From a virus: DNA of 42,668 nt. Position 1 is the stretch's first letter; the number at the start of each line of letters is the position of its first letter. Under the pieces are notes generated by a model, which was not told where the DNA came from, searched no databases, and saw only the letters and a program-made list of their open reading frames with translations. The stretch is from positions 1-42,668 of the IMG/VR virus record IMGVR_UViG_3300045988_131541, one strand, 5' to 3'. This document shows positions 42,016 through 42,668 of this stretch, one piece after another. A program made the translations under genes and the position numbers.

Positions 42016-42496
42016 CTACTATAAAATTCTCCTTAAACCACTTTTTGGTTTGCTCTTTATCGATATAACTAGCTGGTCCATAAACTACTCTTCTATTATT
42101 TTCTTCCCACTTTTTGTACCAAGGTGATCCTACTTGATGTGTTAAGTTTACTAATTGATTTGCACTTAATTTCCCAAAAACACTATACAATTCTTGCAAT
42201 AAATCTTTTTTACATTTATCTATTTGTTCTCCTATGTTAACTTTTTCTTCTGTTAGGTTAATTGGAAATTCACCAAAATTTTTATATTCTTTGTACAGTG
42301 GAATTGCAACTGGACCAAACATCCATGCATTGAAATTACAATCATATAATTTATTTGTATTTTTAACGTTCATATAATAAGCCTCAAAAAAATACATTAA
42401 TTTCTGTATCTGTAATTGCGTAACTTCTCTATGTTCTTGTTTAAACAAACTAATTAAAAAATAAGAATCATGTACTATATTGCTTTCATGGTCCAT
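42005..42496 (-). CDS. Panacea (DUF4065, SocA/GepA-like) antitoxin-domain protein
   Basis: VTQLQIQKLMYFFEAYYM..NAWMFGPVAIPLYKEYKNFG is the DUF4065 core pattern. ATG at 42496 with SD AAGGGAGGA. Confidence 0.75.
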   Translation of the reverse strand: MDHESNIVHDSYFLISLFKQEHREVTQLQIQKLMYFFEAYYMNVKNTNKLYDCNFNAWMFGPVAIPLYKEYKNFGEFPINLTEEKVNIGEQIDKCKKDLLQELYSVFGKLSANQLVNLTHQVGSPWYKKWEENNRRVVYGPASYIDKEQTKKWFKENFIVDET

Positions 42497-42527
42497 AACA
42501 ATTCCTCCCTTCAATCTATTTTTTTAT

Positions 42528-42556
42528 ATTATATTACACTGCATTATAAATTGCAA
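42528..42556 (-). promoter_or_regulatory. Near-consensus sigma-A promoter for the Panacea operon
   Basis: Minus strand: TTGCAA (42551-56), 17 bp, TATAAT (42528-33), about 30 nt upstream of the SD. Confidence 0.6.
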
Positions 42557-42668
42557 CAACTATTTTTTTCTCAATTTTCGCTCAAAAATCGACCCTCCAC
42601 AATCGTTTTTAAGCCTTTTTTATTTTTGATTAGAGTAATTATATTACCTCAAAATGGCAAAAAAAAAT
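42550..42668. repeat. Direct terminal repeat, copy 2 (identical to 1..119)
   Basis: See copy 1. Confidence 0.9.

Noticed and set aside
1-42668. A search by eye for tRNA, tmRNA and rRNA genes, CRISPR arrays, transposase/IS elements and reverse transcriptases (retron or DGR).
   Set aside because: I found no cloverleaf-like GC-rich segments with a GTTCGAATC-type T arm, no regularly spaced direct repeats, and no transposase or reverse-transcriptase motifs in any ORF. A tRNAscan-SE / ARAGORN / minced run would be the definitive check.

Overview
The window is essentially one complete genome of a temperate, long-tailed (siphovirus-type) phage from a very AT-rich, probably spore-forming Firmicute. 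Bases 1..119 are repeated exactly at 42550..42668, giving a 42,549-bp unit, so this is a circular or terminally redundant assembly rather than a chromosomal fragment. About 85% of the genes lie on the minus strand. Read along the minus strand, from high to low coordinates, the order is as follows. (1) A Panacea-type toxin-antitoxin pair (42.5-41.3 kb). (2) On the plus strand, a lysogeny island: HTH/Spo0E-like fusion protein, large serine integrase, DUF3800 protein, zinc-ribbon protein and CI/LexA-like repressor (41.3-37.2 kb). (3) A divergent cro/cI switch at about 37.1 kb. (4) An early module with DUF1351, RecT, an MBL-fold nuclease, a lipoprotein, a replisome organiser, a resolvase and many small ORFs (37-24.9 kb). 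(5) A sigma/ArpU-like late regulator (24.7-24.2 kb). (6) A roughly 0.5-kb GC-enriched, helix-rich block with no convincing ORF (24.1-23.6 kb). (7) The late operon: terS, terL, portal, MuF-like minor head protein, scaffold, capsid, connectors, major tail protein, frameshifted chaperones, a two-gene moron, tape measure, tail tip and fibre, holin and endolysin (22.9-0.15 kb), ending in a strong terminator. The most interesting item is the candidate large structured RNA at 23585..24100. Other points worth a second look are several lysogen-expressed accessory cassettes, two recoding or split-gene sites, and a MuF protein with a C-terminal HExxH domain. I found no tRNA, rRNA or CRISPR array. All functional calls come from motif recognition by eye, with no database search; coordinates of small ORFs and hairpins were hand-counted.
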